64,000 nucleotides of DNA from Mobula hypostoma (Eukaryota): the NCBI RefSeq assembly GCF_963921235.1, contig NC_086097.1, forward strand, positions 16,306,001-16,370,000, in the 5' to 3' direction. The position numbers and the translations under genes were made by a program. Below are positions 34,927 to 47,867 of this stretch, piece after piece (position 1 is the first letter of the stretch; the number at the start of each line of letters is the position of its first letter). The notes below the pieces were generated by a model that searched no databases, was not told where the DNA came from, and saw only the letters and a program-made list of their open reading frames with translations.

Positions 34927-35499
34927 CTGTAAAGAAAAAGTATTTATTGCAGAAATTATACCCTAACCAGATCAGATTCTCAGTGTTAGCACGGAAATTC
35001 TCTGCAACCTTTTTGATTCTAGCAGTCAACTAAGAAACAAAAATATCTTTACGTTCAGTATTCAAGACGGGGGTGGGGGGGGGGGAGGAGTTGGTTCAGA
35101 AATCAGATCCAAACTAATAACACAGCAGACAGATCTTCTAAGCTTGTTTTACAAACGACAATAAAATACTCAGATGGCAAATCCACAGATAATCAGGAAT
35201 TCTCAGAAAAACTGGCTTGTGGTCTCTGATAAATGAAACATTGACTCTTTATTCCCTATCACTCTACTGGCTCTGTCATCTGAACCCCTACTAAGGAGCC
35301 TCAGTCCGTTATTCAAACCTTCATAATTCTTGGTTTGAAGCAATCTGGGAATAGATTAAAGCTTTCCCCACTAGAATACTGGAATATTAAGGAACAAATT
35401 ATTTGTTAGCTGACAGTTATATTGAAGAAATCTCAGAGATTTAATTTTAAAAAACAGGGAAAAAGCAATTTACAAAGAACAATCAAAAATATTACTAAC

Positions 35500-35555
35500 T
35501 TTATCAGTTTCAATTTCACAAACTACTTCATCTTCACCTACTTCATCACCAACAC
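35500..35555 (-). CDS. DLST: DLST exon 6 (VGDEVGEDEVVCEIETDK; lipoyl-lysine)
   Basis: 56 nt; CAG acceptor; GTTAGT donor; EIETDK lipoylation motif. Confidence 0.97.
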
Positions 35556-37610
35556 CTGCAAAGAAAAACAGGAATTAATGCATATTTTGTGAGGGAAAAG
35601 AGATTGCAAGTGTCATTCTCTGAATTAAAATCAAAACCTCATACTAGTCTTAGAAATCTTCTAAAACACCAATTGATAAATTTGTAAATTCTAGTTCCAA
35701 GAATACACATTAGCTTCTTGATCCTTTTTTTTTTACATACAAACTTAAGAAATTGGAGAAAAGGTAGGTAATTCAGCTCCACGTTTCAATACGATCATGG
35801 CCAATCTAACTTAACACCATATCCCTCGGTTCCTCTAACATCTCAAAATTCATCATCTCAAATGCAATTAATGACTGACATTTATAGTCCACGGTAAGAG
35901 AAGAATTCTTGAGATTCACCATTCACCGAGTGAAGAAATTCCTCATTTCAATTCTACATTACTTGTACCTCATTTTAAGACAGTTGCAGACTCCACAGCT
36001 AGGGGAATCATTCTCCAGTTACCGAGTTCTCCAATGGAGAACTCTAAACATTTTTACATGTTTTAAACGGGGTGAGCTTGCCCTCCTTTGATTACTGGAA
36101 AATAGAAGTCTAGTCTACTTAATTTCTCTTCAAATGTCAGACCTGCCCTGCCACAAATTGATCTGTAAACTTCTGTTGCATCCCCACATAATAAATATAT
36201 CCCTTTTAGGAAGAGAACAAAAAGTGTACATGACTCTGTATGTGGTGTGGTCTATCCAAGATCCTATATAATTGTACTCTAATAGTTTTAAACTCAAATC
36301 CTCTTATAAAGGTCACCATTCTCGTAATTGCTTTACTGGATTGTCTGCCCCACCATGGCATTTTCCCTGTATACTTTTATTACTGAGTTAAATGCATAAT
36401 GCCAAAAATGACAATGATCTCAAGACACAAATACCAAAGAAACTGGTTCTGATTATCAGTAAAGAAAACTTCTGCTCATCCACAGCTAGCTATCGGACAA
36501 GTTGACAAATGAGATGTAGCAAATAGATGGAATGAAGCTGCTGCAAGGTAAAACTAAAATTCCGTGAGTTTACATGCAATCTAATTATTTTTTACAATGG
36601 TGTCACTGTGAGGAGGCACGCCAATGAGAAATAGAGGGAAGCCAATCATAGAAGCTACAGAGGAAATAGAGTGGGGACAGGACAATTTAAGCCAGAAAAT
36701 CGTTTAATGGCTATCTCAGCAAACGTAAGAATGTAAATAGATAATGCCACCCAGTTGTAAAATCAAAGAACATTGGAAAAAGATCGATGTCGAAGGAGGA
36801 TGAAGAAGTTGTCTTTAAGGAAAGATGTAAATAAATTTCACTATTTCTATTTAATATTTTAATTAGCTTCCAGCATCCCAACATGCTAGAAATTTTCCAC
36901 AAAATCTCTTCCAACTAATTGAGAAAAGAACTGCAATTGCTGGAAATCTGAAATAAGAACAGAAAACATTAGATTGAACAACAGCAAGACAAAATTTGCA
37001 CTTCAGATCAATAACCAAAGTCAAAATTGCATCTTCTGGCATATGCAGTTGCAATGAGAAGCCTACTTGCAGCAGTACATATGCACATGGCAGTAGAGAC
37101 AGCAGTCATGAGAAAACCATGAGCTAAGCGTTAATTATACAAAGTTATACAAGAAAGAACATGAGTAGAACAAAAAGTGGTAATGGTGTTGATATACAGA
37201 GATAATGATTCCTTAATGGCAGAATGAATAAAGGCAATGCTTATGATAAACTGGGGACTAAAAGTGACTGAATAACTAAAAATGATGGGGGTACCAGCTG
37301 AGAGAGGTGTGAAGTCATTAATTAAAGGTGATCTGTCTGGAGGATATCAAGCAGAAGGAGATGAGCGAGGATATAAGACAGAGTAAACAAATTAAACAAT
37401 GCTAGAGTATGAGATAAAATACTGGAAATAGTCAGTAAGTCAGGCAGATAAAGAAAAATAAGTTATCATAAAAGACTAAAGGCCTTTCACCAAACAGGCC
37501 AATTCTAATACAAATTGGAAGAGCTATATAACTCTGAAGTTGTTGAATTCATGTTGAGTTACTTGAGCTATTGCAAGTCTAGTGAGAAATTGTCGTTTCT
37601 CAAGCCTATA

Positions 37611-38093
37611 TGAGGGGTGATTGATAAGTTCATGGCCTAACGTAGAAGGAGTCAATTTCAGAAAACCTAGCACATTTATTTTTCAACATAGTCCCCTCCT
37701 ACATGTACACACTTAGTCCAGCAGTTGTGGAGCATACGAATCCCTTCGATGAAGTGGTCCACAGCAGGGGTGATTAATAAGTTCGTGGCCTAAGGTAGAA
37801 GGAGATGAGTTATACAGCTCTCGTTACATGCACGTGCAGTTCAACTCTGAGTGAAAATGCAGAAAGTTTGAAGTGAATAACACATCTCCTTCTACCGTAG
37901 GCCACGAACTTATCAATCACCCCTGCTGTGGACTACTTTCTGGATGTCCAAGACGCTGACTTCTACAAAGAAGGGATCTGTGTGCTCCACAACCGCTGGA
38001 CTAAGCGCGTAAATGTAGGAAAAATAAATGCGCTAGGTTTTCTAAAATTGACCTCTTTCTACTTTAGACCACGAACTTATCAATCACCCCTCG
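37611..38093. mobile_element. Fold-back mariner-derived MITE
   Basis: TA flanks; TIR (C/T)GAGGGGTGATTGATAAGTT present four times; both arms encode the mariner C-terminus (EGIRMLHNCWTKCVHVGGDYVEK* and EGICVLHNRWTKRVNV). Confidence 0.85.
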
Positions 38094-38269
38094 TATTAGG
38101 ATTCCTTTGAAATGTAAAAGGTCAGTGGAATTTTATAAGGAATGCATCTGACAGTGATAGATATTAAAGATCTTTCAAACACTGAATCTAGTGGACTTCA
38201 ACATCTTTCAACTATTCAACACTACATATAATGAAGCAAACATTCATATTGCTCTAAAATATACTGTAC

Positions 38270-38344
38270 CTTTTTCCCACCTGACATCTCCCTCTGTGAC
38301 AGACTCTGCAAATGCTGGTGTATTCACCGTCATCACTTCATCAT
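38270..38344 (-). CDS. DLST: DLST exon 5 (lipoyl domain start, [24 protein letters not shown])
   Basis: 75 nt; TAG acceptor; GTACAG donor; diagnostic [17 protein letters not shown]. Confidence 0.97.
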
Positions 38345-38489
38345 CTATGAAAGTAATCAGAATCAGATTTATTTTCACTGGCATTAGTTATTTTGTGGCA
38401 GTAAATCAGGAACAGATCAAAAGTGCATTAACTACAAATTGTGCAGATTGACATAGTTTTGCTCTTTAAAGTTATCACTCAACAAAGAA

Positions 38490-39235
38490 ATTTCCAGGTA
38501 TAATCAACCATACATGAATACAGCCAAACGAGACAGCATTACCCTGGGTCCAAGTGCATAACACAGTACCAACAATTATACACAGCACAAGGCACATACA
38601 GCACGAAAAAAAAGATAGCAAGCCCATACAAGATATCAGTAAAATACCGTCACACAGGAAAAAAAAAACATAGTCCAAGATCCTGAGTCCATAAATGCTG
38701 CAGTAATCTGCAGTCGAACACAATTGTCTTCTGCCAAGCGAACACTGGGTAGCAGAAACTCCAGCTTGGATGCCACGCCACCCCATCTCCAGTGGTGTGC
38801 ATCGGAGCACGTCGATTCTAATGCCTCTCTCCTGGGCGGTTTTAAACAGGCAACACCTCAGCATGAGGCCTAGACCTCGCTACGACCAAGGCAATGCTGC
38901 TCCACTGCTGTCAACCAATAAATCAGTGAATCGGACTTGCAGCATTCCACAGTAACAATGTCCAACAGGTTCTTGCGATGACAAGAAAAGCAACTAAATC
39001 GATCACTCGCTGTTAGACTGCACACTCCCCTTACGCACCAACTCTGTCACAGGCAGCAGCATGATCCAACTTCTTCAGTTTCTCCGTCAAAGAGCAACTC
39101 ACTGACGGGGGAGACCTGCAGTACACTATGTCCAGCAGGGTCTTGCAATCGTACAAAATATATTTTAAAGAAGACAATAACACCCTTTGTTCACCCTGTA
39201 GAAGCTGCTGCGACTGAGCCTGTCGCCATCTTAGC
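38490..39235 (-). mobile_element. Non-coding retroelement with AAGATGGCG 5' end and Rex1-like 3' tail
   Basis: CGCCATCTT at 39224-39232; left end resembles the Rex1 3' UTR at 55026-55100. Confidence 0.5.
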
Positions 39236-39696
39236 AGAATCAAACAAAGATGGCAGAAGCAAGCTGTATGCAGAAGATTCAAAGCAACTGAATGAATAAA
39301 CGTAATACAAAGCATACTCAGACTTCGTGCTAACCCAGCATGTCAAACACCCAAATAAAATGTTTTCCTTCAAGAACAGCTTGCCAAGAACTCTACACAG
39401 TGAGAAACTATATAAAAAGATTTTAAAAACAACACTTTCAACTGACTGCAGTTAAACAATGCAACTGAAGTACAACTGAAATACATAAAATTAAGTAAAA
39501 CAACTCATGACCATAAACTATTTATTTAGTGTGCTTTGTTAAAGCAAATGATCAGATATTGTCTTTAGGTCACATTAACTGCTCCCCATTTTGAAGGCTG
39601 GAAGGATATCTGATTAGAATAAATAATAATTGTGGATCAGAGTACACAGATGGCCTCTTCCGAATAGCCCTTCACATAAAATAATTCAATACTTAC

Positions 39697-39758
39697 TGAA
39701 AACTGCTGAGGTTCTGAAGTGTCGTATATGGAAGATGCTAAATTTGGAGCCATTTTCA
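39697..39758 (-). CDS. DLST: DLST exon 4 (ENGSKFSIFHIRHFRTSAVF; end of presequence)
   Basis: 62 nt; TTTGTAG acceptor; GTAAGT donor; resembles the SVFSVRFFRTTAV presequence end of mammalian DLST. Confidence 0.88.
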
Positions 39759-39821
39759 CTACAAATAAATGAACATAATTAGAAGTATGCTCTATAAAAG
39801 GTACAGATCCATTATACAATT

Positions 39822-40300
39822 AAAGTTTGGAGTATTGTGACCGGTTCTGCTCGCCTCATCATAGGAAAGATATGGGAGCTTTAAAGAGGGTTCAGAGATT
39901 TACCAAGATACTGTCTAGATTAGACACAATGTCTTATGAGGAACAGATATGCTAGCAATGGCTTTTCTCCTTGGAGCGAGTGAGGATGAGCTAAGACTTG
40001 ATAGAGGTGTATAAGAAGATAGAATGAACAGCTGGCAGCTATTCCCTGTCACGGCAATAGATAATACGAGAGGGCATAATCTTAGGGTGATTGGAGGAAA
40101 CAGTGGGGGGGAATGTCAAAGTGGTAAGTGCATGCACATTGCCAGGGGCTGGTGGTAGAGGCTGATACATGAAGGACATTTAAGAAGCTCTTGGATAAAT
40201 ACATGAATGAAAGAAAAATGGGGTCTATGTGGCGAAGGGTTAAATTTATCCTGGAGTAGGTTAAGAGGTCAGTACAACATTGTGGTTCAATGTTAAGATT
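39822..40300 (+). mobile_element. Degenerate CR1 LINE 3' fragment
   Basis: Decayed LEYC..RVQR.FT..GDLIEVYK coding and 3' UTR. Confidence 0.65.
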
Positions 40301-40605
40301 CACTCACAACAATGGAAATTCAACATATTTCATAACCCCAAATTTTATACAGGGCTCATCAGGAGTGCAAATTATATTGCTGGACACATGTGCCTAGAAT
40401 AAATTAATAATTTTTAAAGGGTTTTGATAGATACTTGCTTATGCATAATCATATCTTAGGGTTTTAAGAAAACAATGTCATGTACATCAATTGTAGGTAT
40501 AAATTTAAAAAGTACCAGCTGCTCTTTTACATAATATAGCTACTTAAAAAATTAAATCTCTCCATACAGCTGCAGTCATTGTGCTTCCTCTGAATGTTCA
40601 TGATT

Positions 40606-41250
40606 CATAAGACCATAAGATATAGGAGCAGAATTAGGCCATTTGGCCCATCAAGTCTGCTCCGCCATTCAATCGTGGCTGATTCTTTTTGCCACCCCTT
40701 CACATCTGTTTTAAATGGACGCTGCTCAATCCTAATTATACCTATCGTCCTAGACAGCCCCACCATGGGAAACATCCTTTCCACATATACTCTGTCTTGG
40801 CCTTTCAACATTCAAAAAGCTTCAACGAGATCACCACTCATCCTTCTAAATTCTAGTGAGTACAAACCGAGAGCCATCAAATTTTCATTCCCAGAATCAG
40901 CCTTGTGAACCTCCTCTGAACCCTCTCCAATGCCAGCACATCTTTTCTTAGATGAAGAGCCCATAACTGTTCACAATACTCAAGGTGAGGCCTCACCAGT
41001 GTCTTATAAAGCCTCAGCATCACATCCCTGCTCTTATATTCCAGACTTTTTGAAATGAATGCTAACATTGCATTTGCCTTCCTTACCACTGACTGAACCT
41101 GCAAGTTAACCTTAAATGTATTCTGCACAAGGACTCCCAAGTCCCTATGCATCTCAGATTTTTGGATTTGCTCACTGTTTAGAAAATAGACTGCACGTTT
41201 ATTTCTACCACCAAAGTGCATGACCGTGCATTTTCCAACATTATATTTTA
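40606..41250 (-). mobile_element. CR1 LINE 3' fragment
   Basis: LYKTLVRPHLEYCEQLW..LERVQRRFTR; (TCTTATGG) tail. Confidence 0.85.
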
Positions 41251-41289
41251 CCTTTCTATGCATATAAAACACTTAAGAAACATATGTTT

Positions 41290-41778
41290 CAGTGCCGAGC
41301 CTCAGGAATAGAAATTCCCGAGTTCAATCCAGTGACAGATCGCTCCTGAGCACGCTTTCCATCCGTGCTGGGTTGATGTGGAGGATCAAAAACCCAAAAC
41401 CCCAAAACCCAATAATTAAACCACTGCGTTGCTGAGTAATAATTGTAGCTTTCATCGGGGCAGGGCCTTTCTCACTTTATCCTTTACTTTTTCAAATGAC
41501 TGATGGCGTTTCACCTCTTTCCGATCACTATTATTACTTTATTTTAAATCGTGATCGTGATTATTTTCGTGAACAGAAATATTGCCGATTCAGAGCTCCC
41601 GCCGCCGGGTCCTAATGTCCACCACACTGAGACAAGGTTAAATAAGGTCCGGGGTTCCGCTGGGTCCTAAGATCCACCAAATTTAGACAGGTTGAATAAG
41701 GGACTTGAGCATCCGCGTGTTTTGGTATCCACGAGGGGTCCTGGAACCAATCCCTCACGGATAAGGAGGGCCGACTGC
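41290..41778. mobile_element. Tigger-like DNA element fragment, one TIR
   Basis: Ends ...GGATAAGGAGGGCCGACTG (TIR CAGTCGGCCCTCCTTATCC) with short internal repeats. Confidence 0.5.
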
Positions 41779-42485
41779 ATTTGCTACCCTTTTTGATTCT
41801 GCATCCCTAATCCATTGATTAGGCAGGCTGCAATTTTGTCCTATCATCTGCCTACCCTTCCTGACAGTCTGACTGCACACAAGCTTTACTTTTTTACCAC
41901 CCATCCTATTCTGAGTCTCTTCAGTCCAGTAGCCATCCTCCTGCCAAGTTAGTTTAAACCCTCCTCAACAGCTCTAACAAACCTGCCCGTGAAAATACTG
42001 GACCCCCCTCAGGTTCAGGTGCAACTCATCCTTTGTGTACAGGTCATACCTCCCCCAGAAGCAATCTCAGTGATCCAAGAAGCTGAAGCCTTGCCCCTTG
42101 CAGCAGCTTCTCAGCCACACATTTATCTGCCAAAGGGTCTACCTGACGAAGGGTCTCGGCCTGAAACGTCGACTGCGCCTCTTCCTATAGATGCTGCCTG
42201 GCCTGCTGCGTTCACCAGCAACTTTGATGTGTGTTGCTTGAATTTCCAGCATCTGCAGAATTCCTGTTGTTTGCATTTATCTGCCAAATTATCTTGTTCG
42301 TATCTCACTGGTACGCAGCACAGACAGCAATCCAGAAATTACTACCCTGGATGTCCTGTTTCTCAGCTTACTACCTGGTTCTCTAAATTGTCTCTTCTGA
42401 ACCTTTTTGCTTTTCCTTCCTATGTCATTGGTACCAATATGTACCAAGACATCTGTCTGCTTTACCTCTCCCTCCAAAATGTTGA
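41779..42485 (-). mobile_element. CR1 ORF1 fragment with SGNH/GDSL esterase-like domain, split by a Penelope-derived insert
   Basis: VLVHIGTNDIGRK...RVVISGLL motif. Confidence 0.75.
42135..42273 (+). mobile_element. Penelope-derived short element with hammerhead core, 15-bp TSD
   Basis: CTGACGA(42143)-AGGGTCTCGGCCT-GAAA-C-GTC-GACTG; TSD CATTTATCTGCCAAA at 42120-42134 and 42274-42288. Confidence 0.82.
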
Positions 42486-43120
42486 CGCAATTCACTTTGT
42501 TTGAAAAAATACATTTGCAGTGTTAATAAACAGTGTAACATTCTTCTCCACGATCTCTGAACAGACTGAACGTACAAAGATTACAAATGGAAGTCCTGTA
42601 ACTAATGCTAATGTATCCATGCAAAGTATTGTTATTTTGTTATTCCATACATGTACCAATTGCTTTCAGAAATTTGTACTTCCTGCCCTGCTTGTTTCTT
42701 TTGGTAAATATTTTCTCTTGTTTATGAGTGGGTCGGTGGACAATATGTGAGTAGCAGTGCAATAATTATCTGGATTTTTTTTGTGCGTAGTACACAGAAC
42801 TAAGCTTTTATTACAGGGAAAATATCCAACAGCATTCTTATTACAAAGAAAAACATCCTCTTTAATTTAGAAACCCAAGGAAAAGATCCAATATCCCTTT
42901 GGGCAGACCACATGACAAAAGTTAATAACAAATAATCAGTTCAGAGCTTGCTTCATAAATGCCTGACAAATGCAGCTGATCGGAAGGAACATTTTAAATT
43001 TGGAATGGGGGTGGGGGGGGGAGAAGAGAGTTGGTAAAAATAGAATCAGAAATTTTTAAAAAATCACTAAAACTGAAAGCAACAACATTCATTTTCAATC
43101 TATAATATTTTTGTACTTAC

Positions 43121-43169
43121 GGAAGCTGCCTGCTTTTATCATAAATGGATCGATGACATACTAAAAGAC
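43121..43169 (-). CDS. DLST: DLST exon 3 (GLLVCHRSIYDKSRQLP)
   Basis: 49 nt; TTTTCTAG acceptor; GTAAGT donor; keeps the frame between exons 2 and 4. Confidence 0.8.
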
Positions 43170-44350
43170 CTAGAAAAGACACATTTAATTGTGGCAAACA
43201 TGCAATATGTATCAAAGCACAAGAAAGAATGGAAAACTATTGTCAATGGATATTTGTCTACTCACTTCAGCAAGCATCTGTAAGTACTTAAAGGTTTGCC
43301 ACATTTTAAATGAAAGTAGAATGCATTATAATGATATACAACTTCATATCACTTATGATTTACAGAAAGATGAGTGCAATCTGTGAATAAGAGTAGAAAA
43401 TAATGGAGACCAGTGCTACTAGAATATTATCAAACTTTAAGCGTAAACAGCACTGAAAAAGGCTAAGATATATGCTTCTGTTTATGCTCTGAAAAGTTCC
43501 CCATCATGCTATTTGATTTCCCTTTGGGTAGGGTACATGACAAAACCTGACTGTCATTTTTTTGGTTACTCTCACACTCTCGTCATAAGGCATTCATGCA
43601 TTTTACCTCAGTTTATTCCCATACAGTAGCATATTTGGCTTTCTAATTTTTGAACAATTAATTTTTCATCTGACTTAATGAAGTTGAACTCTCTCCACAC
43701 AAATGAAAATCCTTCAATAAATTCTTTATGTGAAGATGCATCACTTTGATGGCTGCAGCTCAAACTGTGATATTTTCCAGAATGCAATGTGTAGTAGCCA
43801 GGCTTTTATTCACTGTCATTCCCAATACAAAGGGAGCGAGAGTCACCTGTGCCACATGCTCAGATTACACCTTACTCAAGCTTGGTATCTTCTTTAATAC
43901 CAAAAGCTGGAGCAATCTTCACCCAATTGTTAAGATAGAATACAAGTATATTCAGTTATTTGACAGAAACATTACACAACTCATTATTACACTAACTCTG
44001 AAACTAAGAAGAAATTGTTATGGATTATCAGAATATCTCAATCATTACAACATAGAAGTTAAAATTTCGAACCAGTTACATCAAAGAGGAATAAAGAGTT
44101 AAGAAAAATATCAAAACCTACAATGCAAGTCATCATCTGAAAATTCAGTAAGAAATATACAATACAATAGCTTAACTTATGAAGCCATATCCACTTTCCG
44201 CTGTCTTATTAAAAAGTAAGCATTTAACTTCCACTTATTTCCATTTAAATGCAACCAGCTCACCTTCTAACTTCCAGATCTTTATAACCTGCAAACATGG
44301 AGTCATACTTCCAAAGACTTTCCAAGAATCATTGGATTCTCCTGCTACCT

Positions 44351-45026
44351 GGGGGGAGGAGAAGCTGGCAGTGCGATGCAACACACGCGGCCGCTCCAAA
44401 TTGATATCGTATTTGTGAACTAGGATGCCGTGCACAATCCTGATTTGATGGAGACAGCCATGAGAAGCACAGAGGAACATCTGGAGAAACTTCTGAAATG
44501 CCTGCTTCGCTGCTGTTACTACTGTGCGATTGAGAATCTCCGGAGGGGAAGGTCCCAAATCCTCGGCTTTGCTATTGCCGGGGCCGGGGTCGAAGCACTC
44601 GGCAGAGATGGTGCTCGGTGCTCAGTGTCAGAGAGCTGGTCGGAGGCTCAAAGTTTTCGGACGGACTCGGAGTTGGACTGTGGTCGGGTGCTTCCAGGAT
44701 GCTGCATCGGCAAGTTTGCGGCGCTGGAAGCTCATGGCAGGAAGTTTTCTTCCTTCAACCGTCTGTGTGAAATGATGGGACTTTCAAGAGACTTTGAGAC
44801 TTTTTACTGTGCCCATGGTCTGTTCTTCTATCAAATTACGGTATCGCTTGCACTGTTGTAACTATATATTATAACTATGTGGTTTTTGTCAGTTTTTTTA
44901 GTCTTGGTTTGTCTTGTGTTTCTGTGATATCATTCTGGAGGAACAAATTGTATCATTTCTTAATGCATTCATTACTAAATGACAATAAAAGAGGACTGCA
45001 TGTCCTCATAATCTAACCTAATCTAA
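44351..45026 (+). mobile_element. ~670-bp non-autonomous retroelement, copy A
   Basis: Colinear with 51281-51955; AAATGACAATAAAA and (ATCTA) tail. Confidence 0.7.
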
Positions 45027-45217
45027 TCTACCTTTCGTCCTTTTTGAAAATACTGTGAGACAGATGACTAGTTTTTCAAGACCGGCACAACCAACCACAG
45101 TGCTGGCGTCAGCTAACACCTCAGATGAGCGCCACTACACTGATTATGAACATTCAACCAACATAGAGGGAAAAACTGAGCCTTTGTTCTGACACAGGAT
45201 CTTCAATCAGAAACACC

Positions 45218-45480
45218 ATGTCTTTGTCAAGAGCTAGTTCGACTATATCTCTTCCCACCCTATCACTTGAAGAAAAAAATTCCCTTCTCTCAGTTCCTCT
45301 ATCTCCCCCTCATCTGTTCCCGCTTTCTACTCCTGATCCCGAGATGTCATTTTTTTCCTGCAGAAAATGGAGATTCCCCCCACCTCATCTAACTGCATGA
45401 AGGGTCTCAACACAAAACATCAAGCGTCCATTTCCCTCCATAGATGCAGCATGACCCGCTGAGTTGCTCCAGCATTTTGC
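45218..45480 (+). mobile_element. Penelope-like element fragment (post-RT region + decayed terminal repeat)
   Basis: DYISSHP..IPFSQFL..ICS-like coding, then ATGAAGGGTCTCAACACAAAACATC decayed hammerhead repeat. Confidence 0.6.
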
Positions 45481-45572
45481 TTTTAACTCTTTCTTTCTAC
45501 AGATACTGACTGATCTGCAAACCATTTCTAGAAATTTCTGTTTTTAAACCAGGCCAATAGAACTGGTTGGTT

Positions 45573-45707
45573 CAAGCAATACACATCAAAGTTGCTGGTG
45601 AACGCAGCAGGCCAGGCAGCATCTCTAGGAAGAGGTACAGTCGACGTTTCGGGCCTCGACCCTTCGTTTCCAGCATCAGCAGAATTCCTCGTGTTTACGT
45701 TTTTAAA
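45573..45707 (-). mobile_element. Penelope-derived short element with internal inversion, 14-bp TSD
   Basis: TSD AGAACTGGTTGGTT at 45559-45572 and 45708-45721; minus strand ACGAAGGGTCGAGGCCCGAAACGTCGACTG. Confidence 0.78.
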
Positions 45708-45966
45708 AGAACTGGTTGGTTATTGTGCACCTTTAAGAAGAACAGTCATTTTACTCAACTACACTAAATCACAATTTTTTACTTTAGCAAACCTTTCTAT
45801 ATTGAGGTTTTTGTTTACTCTAATTAGTGGTACAAAATACAAGTTGGGACATTGACCAAGTAGGTGAGAAAATATCAAAATGTTATAAATGCAGAGTCAG
45901 CATAATTTAAGGAATGCCAGGTAACTGAACTATAGACACATTTACATGCAGGAATACAAAACTTAC

Positions 45967-46000
45967 CAGAAACACCTCTTGGTCCTTGTGAACCATTACC
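45967..46000 (-). CDS. DLST: DLST exon 2 (GNGSQGPRGVS)
   Basis: 34 nt; pyrimidine tract + CAG acceptor; GTAAGT donor; size and phase fit vertebrate DLST exon 2. Confidence 0.82.
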
Positions 46001-46885
46001 CTGTGAAGAAAGATAAAGAGAAACAATACAGCTTATTCTCAATACAAAAATTAGTTCATTATAGCCATCTAAAAATCATTTTAGTCAAAGAGTAACACTG
46101 CCCAGAAACAGGCCCTTCAGCTCAACCCACCCATGCTAACCAACGTCCATCTGAAATAGTCCCATTCTGCACCCCTCCAAAGCCTCCACATCATTCCCGT
46201 AACATGGTGACCTGGACTACACACAATACTCCAAATGTAACCTAACCAAAGTTTAATACAGCTGGATTCTCAAGTTAACCTATAAAGGAAGGTATGCCAT
46301 TCACCATCTTTATCACCCTATCTACTTGTGATAGCAATTTCCGACACAGCTATGGTCTTGCTCCCCTCGTGATTCATGAGAGTTTGCATTCAATATCCAT
46401 GATATCTTTTGTTTTTCACTCTACCGATGTCCTATTATTACAAAAGCACCTCACTTGCCAAAGGGTCTATATACAAAATACTCCTCTTCACCCTCTCCGT
46501 TCCATCAGCAGGCTATTTTTTTGCTGTTTAACTGCAAGTCTAATTTCCCTTATGATAATGCTGCAAATCGTGATGAGAAGGTTACCAGGAATTGTGGGTT
46601 TAAAGGCTGGTCTCCATTTACCATAGTAACAATCAACTCTTAACCTGCTGCTGAGGCTGAGATGTCTTAGAGTGCACCTAATGTTTCTTATCTCATAACA
46701 ACCAGATGGCTACTGTAATGTTACTTCCAATTTATTAGATCTCAAAGACCCTAAGTCTTAATAAAACAAGTTAACTTCTCAATTTATAGTTGCTGCTTAG
46801 AGAGTGCCACATTGAGGTGTTGTACTCTATCTCATACCAGTTGGTCATTCTGCGATCAATCAACAGCAGCAATTCAGTCCCTCAA

Positions 46886-47867
46886 ATAAGACCATAAGAC
46901 AAAGGAGCAGAAGTCAGCCATTCAGCCCATCGAGTCTGCTCTGCCATTTTATCATGAGCTGATCCATTCTCCCATTTAGTCCCACTCCGTCGCCTTCTCA
47001 CCATAACCTTTGATGCCCTGGCTACTTAGATACCATCAACCTCTGCCTTAAATACACCCAATGACTTGGCCTCCACTGCCTCCCGTGGCAACAAATTCCA
47101 TAGATCCCCTCTGGCTAAAAAAATTTCTTTGTAGCTCTGTTCTGAATGGGCGCCCTTCAATCCTTAAGTCATATCCTCTCGTACTAGACTCCCCCATCAC
47201 GGGAAACAACTTTGCCACATCCACTCTGTCCATGCCTTTCAACATTCGAAATGTTTCTATGAGGTCTCCCCTCATTCTTCTAAACTCCAAGGAATACAGT
47301 CCAAGAGCAGTCAAACATTCCTCATATGTTAACCCTCTCATTCCTGGAATCATTCTAGTGAATCTTCTCTGAACTCTCTCCAACGTCAGCACATCCTTTC
47401 TCAAATAAGGAGCCCAAAACTGCACACAGTACTCCAAGAGAGGTCTTACCAGTGCCTTATAGAGCCTCAACATCACGACCCTGCTCCTATACTCTATTCC
47501 TCTAGAAATGAATGCCAACATTGCATTCGCCTTCTTCACCGCCGACTCAACCTGGAGGTTAACCTTAAGGGTATCCTGTACGAGGACTCCCAAGTCCCGT
47601 TGCATCTCAGAACTTTGAATGCTCTCCCCAGTTAAATAATAGTCTGCCCATGTACTTCTTCTACCAAAGTGCATAACCATATACTTTCCAACATTCTATT
47701 TCATTTGCCACTTCTCTGCCCACTCTCCCAATCTATCCAAGTCTCTCTGCAGACTCTCTGTTTCCTCAGCACTACCGGCCCCTCCATCTATCTTTGTATC
47801 ATCAGCAAACTTAGCCACAAAGCCATCTATTCCATAGCAAACTTAGCCACAAAGCCATCTATTCCAT
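46886..47867 (-). mobile_element. CR1 LINE 3' fragment, relatively intact
   Basis: 210-aa ORF with RPLLEYCVQFWAPY, LEFRRMRGDLIE; KFADD near 47800; (TCTTATGG) tail. Confidence 0.9.

Noticed and set aside
39240..39335. Alternative candidate for DLST exon 4
   Set aside because: No good splice sites or similarity; 39697-39758 fits in phase and sequence.
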